NCBI GenBank assembly: GCA_963666205.1 | Contig: OY762654.1 | Location: 416,001-480,000, forward strand | Direction of reading: 5' to 3' | Length of the DNA stretch: 64,000 nucleotides | Origin: Synergistales bacterium | GTDB taxonomy: Bacteria > Synergistota > Synergistia > Synergistales > JAFGMB01 | Part shown: in pieces, positions 21,203 to 30,484 of the stretch | Layout of the letters: every line of letters starts with the position of its first letter | Numbering within the stretch: the stretch's first letter is position 1 | Position numbers and translations under genes: made by a program | The notes under the pieces: model-generated | The model's database searches: none | Told to the model about the DNA's origin: nothing | What the model saw: only the letters and a program-made list of their open reading frames with translations

Positions 21203-22963
21203 TTATTCCTTCCTTACAGGTTCGGCATAAATAGGCAGGCTTATTTCGAACTCTGCTCCATTCTCATATCTTAAGAGCTCTATTTCACCACCATGACCTT
21301 CAATTATTCTTTTGGTAATGGAAAGGCCCAGACCATACCCGCCTTTGCCCCAATCACCCCGGGCTCTGTGAGAATCACCGCGCTGAAAGCGCTCGAATAT
21401 CTTTCCGACCGATTCGGCCGTTATTCCAACTCCATTATCAGAAATTCTTATCTTCCAGTAACTCCCGGAATTATATACCCGGATATTTATCCTACCTCCC
21501 TGGATGGCCCCAAACTTCTCCCGTACATATTTTATAGAATTATCAAGTATATTGCTTAAGGCTCGAACAAGGTCTGTAGATCTTCCCATAACATAGACTT
21601 CCTCAGCTATGTCACTTATGATCTCTATTTCTTGTGCGAAAGGATGCCTGCAAATATCGTTTACCAGAGAAGTGACCATCTGCCCCAGATCGATTCGTTC
21701 CCAATCCCTGCCCGTAGGCTGACTCTCTATTCTAGATAGTAGGAGCAGATCATCCACCAGTTTTGACATTCTCTCCTGCTGCTCAATAATTATAGAAAGA
21801 TACTTTGATGCTTCTTTATGTTCCTGGAGTTCATCCAAAAGATATTCTGCTGTGACTCGAACTGTCGTCAGAGGCGTCTGAAGTTCGTGACTGGCATCTG
21901 CGATGAAGGTCCGCCTGGCCTGCTCCAGTTTTCTCTCTTCTGTAAGATCTGTAATTACAAGAAGCATTCCGGCACCGGTAGGAATCGCGGAAACCCTGAG
22001 ATATAGACTTCCTCTCTCTGGAAGTTCAAGATAAGAAACTACCGCACTATCCTTAACCTGTTCCACAAGATTGAAAAGCTGACCGGAGGGCAGTATCCTT
22101 TCGACATACATCCCTTCTGAAACATCCTTTCTCAGGGCAAGGAAGTCCTTTGCAAGTTCATTTATGTACCTTACTCTTTTCTCCCGGTCCAGCAGAATAA
22201 CACCAATAGGCATGGAAGTTACAATACGGCTGAGTTCCTCCCGCTCACCCCTGAGTTGCTCAAGGGCTCTCTGCATATTTGATGACATCAGGTCGAGAGA
22301 GTTGGACAATCTCTGAAGTTCCATGTTTTTCATTATGGGGAAATGTCCCCTTTCCCCATCGGCGATCCTGCAGGAAACATCAATAATATTTTCAAGGGGA
22401 TGGAAGAAATGCCTGATCACCCAGAATTCCAGAAGGATGATAACAGCAATTAAAATAATAAGGTAAAGAAACAGGCTTTTTCTGGATTGAGTCAGCGCTC
22501 TATTTAGAGTCTGAAGTGGAGAGGATATTCTTATCACAAAAGGACTGGAATCAACTTTTATACCTTTAGCCACATACAGTAAATCCGCGTTCAGAGAACG
22601 GCTATATCTTATACTTGTACCAAATCCCTCGGAAAAAGCATAACTTATCTCAGGGCGGTTCCCATGATTATCCAGAGTGGAAATATCAGTATCAGAATCG
22701 GCGATGACCTTGCCACTTACGTCTATGACTGAAAGTCTGCCATTTATCATTTCTCTCCAGTTCTCGACATTTCTGACCAGAGAATCAAGTCCATTGTTTT
22801 CAAGATATGACCCAATGGCCTGAACCTGCCTTGTAAGCTCTGATCTGGACTCATCGATAATACTTTTTTTCAGGATTCCTGAGAGCATAAACCAGCTAGC
22901 ACCAAAGGCCAATAGTGTAACAAGGGCGAAAACTCCCATGACCTTGGTTTTTAGAGTATTCAT
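21203..22963 (-). CDS. phoR: Phosphate regulon sensor histidine kinase
   Basis: 2 TM + dCache-like (NH.NRPEI), HAMP, PAS, FIADASHELQTPLT H-box, N/G1/F/G2 boxes; lies in the pst cluster. Confidence 0.88.
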   Translation of the reverse strand: MNTLKTKVMGVFALVTLLAFGASWFMLSGILKKSIIDESRSELTRQVQAIGSYLENNGLDSLVRNVENWREMINGRLSVIDVSGKVIADSDTDISTLDNHGNRPEISYAFSEGFGTSIRYSRSLNADLLYVAKGIKVDSSPFVIRISSPLQTLNRALTQSRKSLFLYLIILIAVIILLEFWVIRHFFHPLENIIDVSCRIADGERGHFPIMKNMELQRLSNSLDLMSSNMQRALEQLRGEREELSRIVTSMPIGVILLDREKRVRYINELAKDFLALRKDVSEGMYVERILPSGQLFNLVEQVKDSAVVSYLELPERGSLYLRVSAIPTGAGMLLVITDLTEERKLEQARRTFIADASHELQTPLTTVRVTAEYLLDELQEHKEASKYLSIIIEQQERMSKLVDDLLLLSRIESQPTGRDWERIDLGQMVTSLVNDICRHPFAQEIEIISDIAEEVYVMGRSTDLVRALSNILDNSIKYVREKFGAIQGGRINIRVYNSGSYWKIRISDNGVGITAESVGKIFERFQRGDSHRARGDWGKGGYGLGLSITKRIIEGHGGEIELLRYENGAEFEISLPIYAEPVRKE

Positions 22964-22967
22964 AGAC

Positions 22968-23660
22968 TTATTCCTCCCAACTCAGCCGATAGCCTCGCCC
23001 ACGAAAAGCCTGGATTAATGGTTTAGGTCTTCCTCCATCATCAAGCTTATGTCTCAATCTGGAAACATGGACATCTACGGTTCGGGTATCTCCACCAAAA
23101 AGTCCCCAGATCTTTGCAAGAAGTTCTTCTCTGGATACGATCCTTCCAGGTTTTTTTGCCAATACTGCAAGAAGCTGATACTCCGTGGGACTAAGGTCAA
23201 TTATTTGATCCCTCAGAGATACTGTTTCTTCTTCTAGATCTATTTCTATCTGTCCATTGGTCAGGATCTTACTCAGATCCCTGCCCCTGGTTCTGCGCAA
23301 GAGAGCCTTAACCCTTGCAATGAGCTCTACAAGGGAAAAAGGTTTTTTTATATAGTCATCTGCCCCAAGATTCAACCCTTCGACAACATCCCTTTCTTCA
23401 CGCCTCGCTGTCAGCATTATCAGGGGGATATTCCGGGTCTCATCTTCGCGTTTCAATCTCCTGCATACTTCCCAGCCATCCATCTTTGGAAGCATTATGT
23501 CAAGAATAATAATATCAGGATGAAGTGAATATGCCATCTCAAGAGCACTATCACCATTGTTGGCTGTACTGACTTCAAAACCATGCCTCTTCATAGCCTG
23601 AGAAACTACTTCAAGAATGGCTTCCTCATCTTCAACAACGAGAATTCTCTCATTCGGCAT
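22968..23660 (-). CDS. phoB: Phosphate regulon response regulator (OmpR/PhoB family)
   Basis: ILVVEDE, LDIMLPKMDG, MLTAR, GADDYIKKPF, TRTVDVHVSRLR; context next to phoU/pst. Confidence 0.88.
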   Translation of the reverse strand: MPNERILVVEDEEAILEVVSQAMKRHGFEVSTANNGDSALEMAYSLHPDIIILDIMLPKMDGWEVCRRLKREDETRNIPLIMLTARREERDVVEGLNLGADDYIKKPFSLVELIARVKALLRRTRGRDLSKILTNGQIEIDLEEETVSLRDQIIDLSPTEYQLLAVLAKKPGRIVSREELLAKIWGLFGGDTRTVDVHVSRLRHKLDDGGRPKPLIQAFRGRGYRLSWEE

Positions 23661-23671
23661 AAACTTTCCTC

Positions 23672-24367
23672 CTATTCCCCATAAGGAAGGGGTCTTCTGA
23701 AGGACGAAGCTGAAGTTATCTCACCTGTGAAGATGTAGAATACCCTCTCTGCAACGTTAGTAATATGATCACCTGCACGTTCGAGATTCCTTGCTACAAC
23801 GAATAGGGTTGAAGCCTGTTCGATCCTGTTTGTATTCTCCATCATCATAAGGACGAGTTCCCGAAGGATCTGTTTTTCCAGATCGTCGACTTCATCATCC
23901 ATGATAAATACTTCCCTGGCAATCCCGAGATTGCCCGAATCAAGGGCCTCCATGGATTTCTCGAGCATTGATGACACCATTTGCTGCATCCTTGGAATAT
24001 CTATCAGAGGTTTAATAAGTTGCTCGTCCGACAGTTTAATCGCAACCTTTGCTATGCTGGAACCATAGTCACCCAGGCGCTCAATATCTCCAGCTATGTA
24101 CATACAGGAAGAAACAGTACGAAGATCTTCTCCAAGAGGTTGAAACCTGACGATGAATTTAAGACAGTCATTTTCTATTTCATACCTGAGCTGGTCAATG
24201 TGATCATCATTTTTAATAACTAACTTAGCTGTTTCGATATCCTGAGTCTTAAGGGACCATACTGCTTTGGCCAGAGATTCGTCTGACATTTTACCCAGTT
24301 TCAGTATTTTTCTTTTTATCTCACTGATAGATTCTTCGAGATGCGCTCTTGTATTTATCTCCACCAT
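23672..24367 (-). CDS. phoU: Phosphate signalling protein PhoU
   Basis: D..ID, QP...DLR, DIERLGD, DDEVDDL, NLERAGDHITNVAE. Confidence 0.95.
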   Translation of the reverse strand: MVEINTRAHLEESISEIKRKILKLGKMSDESLAKAVWSLKTQDIETAKLVIKNDDHIDQLRYEIENDCLKFIVRFQPLGEDLRTVSSCMYIAGDIERLGDYGSSIAKVAIKLSDEQLIKPLIDIPRMQQMVSSMLEKSMEALDSGNLGIAREVFIMDDEVDDLEKQILRELVLMMMENTNRIEQASTLFVVARNLERAGDHITNVAERVFYIFTGEITSASSFRRPLPYGE

Positions 24368-24379
24368 GATAATTCACTC

Positions 24380-25141
24380 CTAACCGAATCTTCCGGTAAT
24401 ATAGTCTTCTGTCCGCTTGTCATTAGGACTGGTAAACATATCTGGAGTAGGCCCATATTCCACCAAATCACCAAGAAGGAAAAATGCAGTATAGTCCGAA
24501 ATACGGGCAGCCTGCTGCATGTTGTGTGTCACGATCACAACCGTATAGTCTTCTTTGATCTGCCGGATCAGTTCCTCGATCTTTGCAGTAGCAAGGGGGT
24601 CCAGGGCACTGGTGGGCTCATCCATCAGGACAACGTCCGGATTTGTAGCAATAGTTCTGGCTATACAGAGTCGCTGCTGCTGACCGCCAGATAGACCAAG
24701 TCCTGAACTTCGGAGTTTCTCCTTCACCTCGTCCCAGAGGGCTGCGCCCTTGATACTCTTCTCAACAATCTCGTCAAGTTTAGTTTTATCCTTCAGACCG
24801 TGAATTTTGGGACCATAGGCAACATTCTCATAAATTGTCATGGGGAAAGGGTTAGGCTTCTGGAATACCATTCCCACATCCCTCCTGAGAGTGATAACAT
24901 CTGTAGATCTTGCATATATATCCTGGCCTTGAATAAATATATCACCCTTGATCTTCGCTCCTCTGACAAAATCATTCATCCGGTTCAGACACCTCAGGAA
25001 ACTGCTTTTCCCGCATCCTGAAGGTCCTATGAGGGCAGTAACCTTGTTACGTCGGATATCCATGTTAATGTTTTTTAAAACATGATGATCTCCATAATAA
25101 AGATCCAGGTTTCTGACCTTGATGAGCATATCATTTTCCAT
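24380..25141 (-). CDS. pstB: Phosphate ABC transporter ATPase
   Basis: [61 protein letters not shown]. Confidence 0.97.
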   Translation of the reverse strand: MENDMLIKVRNLDLYYGDHHVLKNINMDIRRNKVTALIGPSGCGKSSFLRCLNRMNDFVRGAKIKGDIFIQGQDIYARSTDVITLRRDVGMVFQKPNPFPMTIYENVAYGPKIHGLKDKTKLDEIVEKSIKGAALWDEVKEKLRSSGLGLSGGQQQRLCIARTIATNPDVVLMDEPTSALDPLATAKIEELIRQIKEDYTVVIVTHNMQQAARISDYTAFFLLGDLVEYGPTPDMFTSPNDKRTEDYITGRFG

Positions 25142-25165
25142 GAATCTATCTCCTTCATTCAAAGG

Positions 25166-26017
25166 CTATCGAGTCGCCTTACGGTAGTGATTTCTCATGA
25201 TAATCCCAATTGTGCTTATACCCAGAACAAGGGCCAGGAGAACAAGAACGGTTCCATACTGAATATGCCGTGTTTCATTTATATGGGTACCTGCAGTTGC
25301 CAGGACAAGAATGTGATAGGGAAGAGCCATAATTTCATCGAAAAGGCTTCTGGCATAGCCGGGTGTAAAAAAGGCAGCTCCTGTGAATATTATTGGCGCA
25401 GTCTCACCAGCTACCCGCCCTATACTCAATATAGCCCCGGTAATTATTGTGGGCATTGCTGCTGGGAGTACAACCTTGTATATTGTCTGCCACTTGGTGG
25501 CTCCAAGAGCATATGACCCATCCCTGTAATCCCGTGGTACTGCAAGGAAAGCCTGTTCTGCAGATGTTATTATCAGGGGAAGAGCGAGACATGCCAGAGT
25601 AAGGCTGGCCGAGAGGAGAGAAGAACCGAATTTAAATAGAATAACAAAAAGAGATAAACCGAAAAGACCGAAAACAACAGAGGGAACTCCGGCCAGACAA
25701 CGGATGGCCAGTCTGAGAATATGTGTAAAGGTACCGTCAGTAGAATACTCTGCAAAAAACAGACCGGTTGAAATCCCTATCGGTAAGGCAAAGATCATGG
25801 AAACCAGAATAAGCTGTAAGGTTCCTACAAGAGGGGTACTGATACCACCCTTTGTCATGCTCTCTCTTGGCGGCTGGGTGATAAACTCCCAGGAGATGGC
25901 AGACCACCCTCGGTAAGAGACGTATGCAACCACAGAAATGACCAATAGTACAAGGCTGATCGCACATATCCAGAGTATAACAGTCATTAATCTGTCAATT
26001 CCTCTTCTGAATGTCAT
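25166..26017 (-). CDS. pstA: Phosphate ABC transporter permease PstA
   Basis: LAGVPSVVFGLFG, SYALGATKWQTI..VVLP, RVAGETAP. Confidence 0.95.
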   Translation of the reverse strand: MTFRRGIDRLMTVILWICAISLVLLVISVVAYVSYRGWSAISWEFITQPPRESMTKGGISTPLVGTLQLILVSMIFALPIGISTGLFFAEYSTDGTFTHILRLAIRCLAGVPSVVFGLFGLSLFVILFKFGSSLLSASLTLACLALPLIITSAEQAFLAVPRDYRDGSYALGATKWQTIYKVVLPAAMPTIITGAILSIGRVAGETAPIIFTGAAFFTPGYARSLFDEIMALPYHILVLATAGTHINETRHIQYGTVLVLLALVLGISTIGIIMRNHYRKATR

Positions 26018-26883
26018 ACCTTTTCCAACCTCCCTTTTTTTTCAACCCAGATCGAAACAAGATTGATGACAAGGGTCATTACAAGAAGTATTAGTCCTGC
26101 AAAGAAAAGTGAATGGTAATGTATCGACCCCACGGGAGTTTCTCCCATCTCCGCAGCAATTGTAGAAGTCAGAGGTCTAACAGGGTCAAAGATGGATACA
26201 GGAATAATAGCAGCTCCACCAGCTGCCATGAGAACTACCATGGTTTCGCCCAATCCCCTCATGATACCAAGGAGAGCCCCGCTCATTATTCCTGGAAGTG
26301 CATATGGAACAACAACTTTCCAAATGGTTTCCCACCTGGTCGAGCCAAGAGCATAGGCTGCATCTCTTAGCTCCCTGGGAACAGAACTAAGGCTTTCCTC
26401 CGCCAGAGAACTTACTATTGGAAGTACCATTATGCCCAGAAGCAGGGCTGCATTAAAAAGGTTGAGCCCTGAAATAAGAACAAATTTTTCCTGCAGCCAC
26501 GGAGCGATCAGGATCATACCGATAAATCCCAGGATAATAGACGGGAGGAAACCCAGGATCTCAAGCACAGGTTTCATAATTTCATGCATCCAGTCAGGGG
26601 CGACTTCAGCGATAAAAATAGCAACAAAGAGACTTACAGGTAAAGCTAATACAGAGGAAGCCAGGGTAACACTTATTGAACCGGCTATGAGGGAAAGCAT
26701 ACCCAGGGTAGGTGGTTCCTCCGCTGGATACCAGTATTTTCCCATAAGAAGATCCCCAATTGTAACTTCTGAAAGTACAGGTAAACCTTCCTTGACAAGA
26801 AAGAACAGGATGAAAACCATTACCACGATCCCGATACTTGAAATGGATTGAATAATGGCTGCAGGGATCTTGTCGTTTTTCAT
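26014..26883 (-). CDS. pstC: Phosphate ABC transporter permease PstC
   Basis: KPVLEIL..LPS, AAYALGSTRWETI, RGLGETMVVLM, LTSTIAAEMGE. Confidence 0.95.
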   Translation of the reverse strand: MKNDKIPAAIIQSISSIGIVVMVFILFFLVKEGLPVLSEVTIGDLLMGKYWYPAEEPPTLGMLSLIAGSISVTLASSVLALPVSLFVAIFIAEVAPDWMHEIMKPVLEILGFLPSIILGFIGMILIAPWLQEKFVLISGLNLFNAALLLGIMVLPIVSSLAEESLSSVPRELRDAAYALGSTRWETIWKVVVPYALPGIMSGALLGIMRGLGETMVVLMAAGGAAIIPVSIFDPVRPLTSTIAAEMGETPVGSIHYHSLFFAGLILLVMTLVINLVSIWVEKKGRLEKV

Positions 26884-26906
26884 CTACTCACACCCTTTTA
26901 AAAGGA

Positions 26907-26961
26907 TTACAACCTGCCAGACCGATAAACTAAAATATCTCAAGGGTTTGGCAGGCTGTAA
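26907..26961 (-). other. Intercistronic stem-loop between pstS and pstC
   Basis: TTACAACCTGCCAGACC...GGTTTGGCAGGCTGTAA long inverted repeat. Confidence 0.6.
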
Positions 26962-27015
26962 CATTTATGGAACTTTCTGACTATTCTCAGTTTAATCCCT
27001 GATGGTTATTTCTGA

Positions 27016-27828
27016 TCAGTGTAATGGCACGTAACCAGTCCCTGCTACAATATCCTGACCGGAATCGCTTAGAAGAAAATTGATGAAGTTGAGGGTGTCA
27101 GCCTCGGGCCAGCCCTTCGTAAACATATAGAGATAGCGGGATACGGGATATTTTCCATTAAGGGCTGTCTCATTGGAACCCATTACACCTTCGACCTTAA
27201 GAGCTTTGACAGTCTCGTTAAGATATCCAAGACCGATATATCCTATAGCAAGCTTGTTCTGGGCTACAGTCTGTACCATAGCACCGTTGGAGGCAACGAT
27301 AAGAGCTCTTTCACTAACCCGCTCCTTACCCATTATCTTTGTTTCCCAGGTCTCATAGGTTCCGGAACTGGTATCCCGTCCTACAACTGCGATAGCCATG
27401 GAAGGACCACCGACCTCTTTCCAGTTCTTGATCTCTCCGGTATAGATCTTTCTGAGCTGCTCCGGAGTAAGATCGGTAACCGGGTTAGATGGATGTACAA
27501 CAGGAAGCAGCGCATCCATTGCTACAGCAAAGGGTACCGGGTAAACACCTTTTTCGAAAGCTGCCTGGACTTCCTTCTCTTTGATAAAACGGGAAGCATC
27601 TGCAATATCGGTTGACCCATCAATGATAGCCTTGATACCGTTTCCACTGCCACCGCCAGAAACAGTAATCTTAGTATCGGGATTAGCCTCCATATACTTT
27701 TCTGCTGCAGCCTGGGCTATCGGCAGAACGGTTGTCGAACCTTTGATGACCACCTCTCCTGCAAAAGCTATTCCTGAAATTGCCATAACCATGGTTACAA
27801 GTGCAAAAACTGACATTAATTTCTTCAT
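27016..27828 (-). CDS. pstS: Phosphate ABC transporter substrate-binding protein
   Basis: Signal peptide, IKGSTTVLP, GGGSGNGI, DIADASR, RDTSSGT, YPVSR.LY; AGGAGG RBS before ATG 27828. Confidence 0.95.
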   Translation of the reverse strand: MKKLMSVFALVTMVMAISGIAFAGEVVIKGSTTVLPIAQAAAEKYMEANPDTKITVSGGGSGNGIKAIIDGSTDIADASRFIKEKEVQAAFEKGVYPVPFAVAMDALLPVVHPSNPVTDLTPEQLRKIYTGEIKNWKEVGGPSMAIAVVGRDTSSGTYETWETKIMGKERVSERALIVASNGAMVQTVAQNKLAIGYIGLGYLNETVKALKVEGVMGSNETALNGKYPVSRYLYMFTKGWPEADTLNFINFLLSDSGQDIVAGTGYVPLH

Positions 27829-27885
27829 TGCCTGAAAGACCTCCTTTGATTTTGTCTCTTGGGACAATGTGTAGTTTAAAGGCCT

Positions 27886-27940
27886 TATGTAACAATAATA
27901 TTCCGGGAAAGTAACGGATATGTAACAATTGTTTACAGAT
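27886..27940 (-). promoter_or_regulatory. Putative Pho boxes upstream of pstS
   Basis: Minus-strand GTTACAT-ATCC-GTTACTT direct repeat with 11-nt period, plus further GTTACAT and GTAAAC copies. Confidence 0.5.
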
Positions 27941-28394
27941 CGTGGATTTACACATCTGGATAAGATATTCCTTATAAGGAGGATCAGGCTCAATATAAGA
28001 CCATCATTGCAAAAGACTGACAGCTAAAGAATGCCTTATATGAACCCGCAGACTCTTCCTTCAGATCTCTTGACAGTTAGCCTTACCATTAAAAAAGGAA
28101 TAGCCTGACATTTATCTCAGGAAAAGAATTGTGATGTATTACCTTACCGATAAGTTTGAATATACTGATATGCAATCTATCGTAAAAATCTGTTTGAATA
28201 TGTTGGAAACAACCTGGTGAGGTAGAATTGAATTCCGTTATTGTTGGTTTCAGAGTTATAATTTATTTATCATTTCCATTAAATCTGATTAAAGTTGCTC
28301 CATCATACTATGGATGTTGCATCAACCATGATATCTTCAACAAGAAAGCATAGAACATTATGGACAGATACATTAGAGAAGCACAGGAGGGATA

Positions 28395-29621
28395 TTGATG
28401 ATCACAAGGCCTTTGATTGAAAGAATATTTTCCGCTGCCAGTATTGAACGATGGAATGATCATCCAAGACCTATACAGTTCAGTGAAATGGCAAAACAGG
28501 CCCATAAATTTATCATAGCCTACGTAATCGCAAAGTATGAAGAAAAAGAAAATAACACGAAGATCGACTGGATAATGCTTATCGAAGGGGGTATTTTTGA
28601 ATTCCTTCACCGCGTTGTTGTTACTGATATAAAACCGCCGGTTTTTCATAAACTGATGGAAAAAAAGGAACAGAGAGATAAATTGAATGAATGGGTTCTT
28701 GAAAAACATCTTAAGAAGGATCTCAGCCTTATTTCAGGAGATATATACTCCAGATTCTACAAATATCTGTATGTCGATGATACTGTTATTGAAAAAAAGA
28801 TACTGAGTGCTGCTCACTATCTCGCAACTAAGTGGGAATTTGATTTCATCTATGACTGGAGCAGAAGACTATACGGTATTGAAAACACAAAAAAGGAAAT
28901 TAACAGCCAGATAAATGAACACAGGGATCTGAAGGCCGTAGAGCAGATGCTCGCCAGCAGGGAATTACCGGACAATAAAAAGGGTTTGTACGGTTTTATT
29001 GCAATGGTAGGACAATTAAGATTTCAAAAGAGATGGGCACAGACTCCACGGATCCCACAGACTTCAGTTCTTGGCCATCTGCTTTTTGTGGCAGTTCTTT
29101 CCTATTTCATATCCCTTGATATAGGGGCCTGCAAGAATCGCAGATATAATGATTTTTATGGCGGACTCTTCCATGACCTACCAGAAGTATTGACAAGAGA
29201 TATTATTTCACCTGTAAAAAAATCTGTAGAAGGACTGGATGAACTGATCAAATCATACGAAAAGGAATTGGTTGAAAAACAGATCTTTCCCCTTGTCCCT
29301 TCTTCATGGCAGGAGGAACTCAGATACTTCATCGAGGATGAATTCTCCAACAAAATATATATCGACAGAAATAAAATAATGTCAGGAATTTCTGGAGGAG
29401 AAATGATGGAACTCTATAATGAAGACAAGTGGAATCCTATCGATGGTGAAATAATAGAGGCATGTGATAAACTGGCCGCCTTTATTGAAGCATCCACTTC
29501 TATAAATATAGGCATTAACTCCCCTGCACTTGAAGAAGGGCGGAAGGGACTGTACGCAAGATTCGGACAATCTGATTTATGTGGGTTCCCCATAGGAGAA
29601 TTATTCGGTTTTTTCCAATAG
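28395..29621 (+). CDS. Tandem HD/YfbR-like domain phosphohydrolase
   Basis: Two YfbR-like halves: RWND..RP...HK (N-terminal) and RWAQTPR..TSVLGH...GLFHDLPEVLTRDIISPVK...CDKLAA (C-terminal); AGGAGG RBS. Confidence 0.82.
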   Translation: MMITRPLIERIFSAASIERWNDHPRPIQFSEMAKQAHKFIIAYVIAKYEEKENNTKIDWIMLIEGGIFEFLHRVVVTDIKPPVFHKLMEKKEQRDKLNEWVLEKHLKKDLSLISGDIYSRFYKYLYVDDTVIEKKILSAAHYLATKWEFDFIYDWSRRLYGIENTKKEINSQINEHRDLKAVEQMLASRELPDNKKGLYGFIAMVGQLRFQKRWAQTPRIPQTSVLGHLLFVAVLSYFISLDIGACKNRRYNDFYGGLFHDLPEVLTRDIISPVKKSVEGLDELIKSYEKELVEKQIFPLVPSSWQEELRYFIEDEFSNKIYIDRNKIMSGISGGEMMELYNEDKWNPIDGEIIEACDKLAAFIEASTSINIGINSPALEEGRKGLYARFGQSDLCGFPIGELFGFFQ

Positions 29622-29647
29622 TTCCAGATATTGAGAACGTAAATTAT

Positions 29648-29702
29648 GACCAAACGAACCCTACTCCCAGATAAAACTGATCACGGGTTCGTTTGGTCTT
29701 TA
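29648..29702 (+). terminator. Terminator between the HD gene and speD
   Basis: GACCAAACGAACCC...GGGTTCGTTTGGTC 14-bp stem followed by TTT. Confidence 0.65.
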
Positions 29703-29755
29703 TTCACAATTATCGGGATAAGATTACTTCGGTGTAAAATCTGATTTAATAAATA

Positions 29756-30178
29756 TCACTGATGTTTATGACTGTTCTTTCTTCGGCTTTCTTCCCATGT
29801 AATGAAGGAGTGATAATATTCTTTATCTCCATCATCATCCAGACCCCGCGTTATTTCTGTAATGTGAGTATGTGTGGATCTGACCTGTTCAATGACATAT
29901 TCGACAGCAACTTCCGGCATACTATGCTCTCCACATGTATAAATATCAAGGGCCATGTAGTTTGCTTCCGGCCAGGTATGAATAGATAGGTGAGACTCGC
30001 TGATCACCACAACACCGCTAACGCCATTCGGCGGAAAGCAATGAAAGGAAACAGACCAGACCTGAGTGTTGGCTTTTCTGGCTGCATCTACAAGGATCTT
30101 CTGCATTTCCTGAACATTCCCTATTACTTCTGAGCAGCCTGAAGCCTCCACTATAAAATGGTAACCCTTGGGTGACAT
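29756..30178 (-). CDS. speD: S-adenosylmethionine decarboxylase proenzyme (pyruvoyl, class 1B)
   Basis: HCFPPNGVSGVVVISESHLSIHTWPE...DIYTCG, including the ES autocleavage site. Confidence 0.9.
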   Translation of the reverse strand: MSPKGYHFIVEASGCSEVIGNVQEMQKILVDAARKANTQVWSVSFHCFPPNGVSGVVVISESHLSIHTWPEANYMALDIYTCGEHSMPEVAVEYVIEQVRSTHTHITEITRGLDDDGDKEYYHSFITWEESRRKNSHKHQ

Positions 30179-30254
30179 TTACCATCCTCCTTGCCAAAAA
30201 TATTCATAGCACAAAATCCAGTTAATATTACACCACTCAACTCGAATCTCCAAG

Positions 30255-30289
30255 AAAAAACCGTCCCAGGATATACCTGGGACGGTTTT
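30255..30289 (-). terminator. Terminator after tRNA-Ala
   Basis: AAAACCGTCCCAGG-ATATA-CCTGGGACGGTTTT. Confidence 0.8.
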
Positions 30290-30301
30290 ATATCTCTAAA
30301 A

Positions 30302-30377
<76 letters not shown>

Positions 30378-30484
30378 ACGCGATGCGACCCGACAATTAT
30401 ATGGATCATGTCTACTGTTGTCAACACCTGAAAAATATTTGCTTCATGGAATCTAAGATGAGAAAATGACTCAAGTATAATTTT

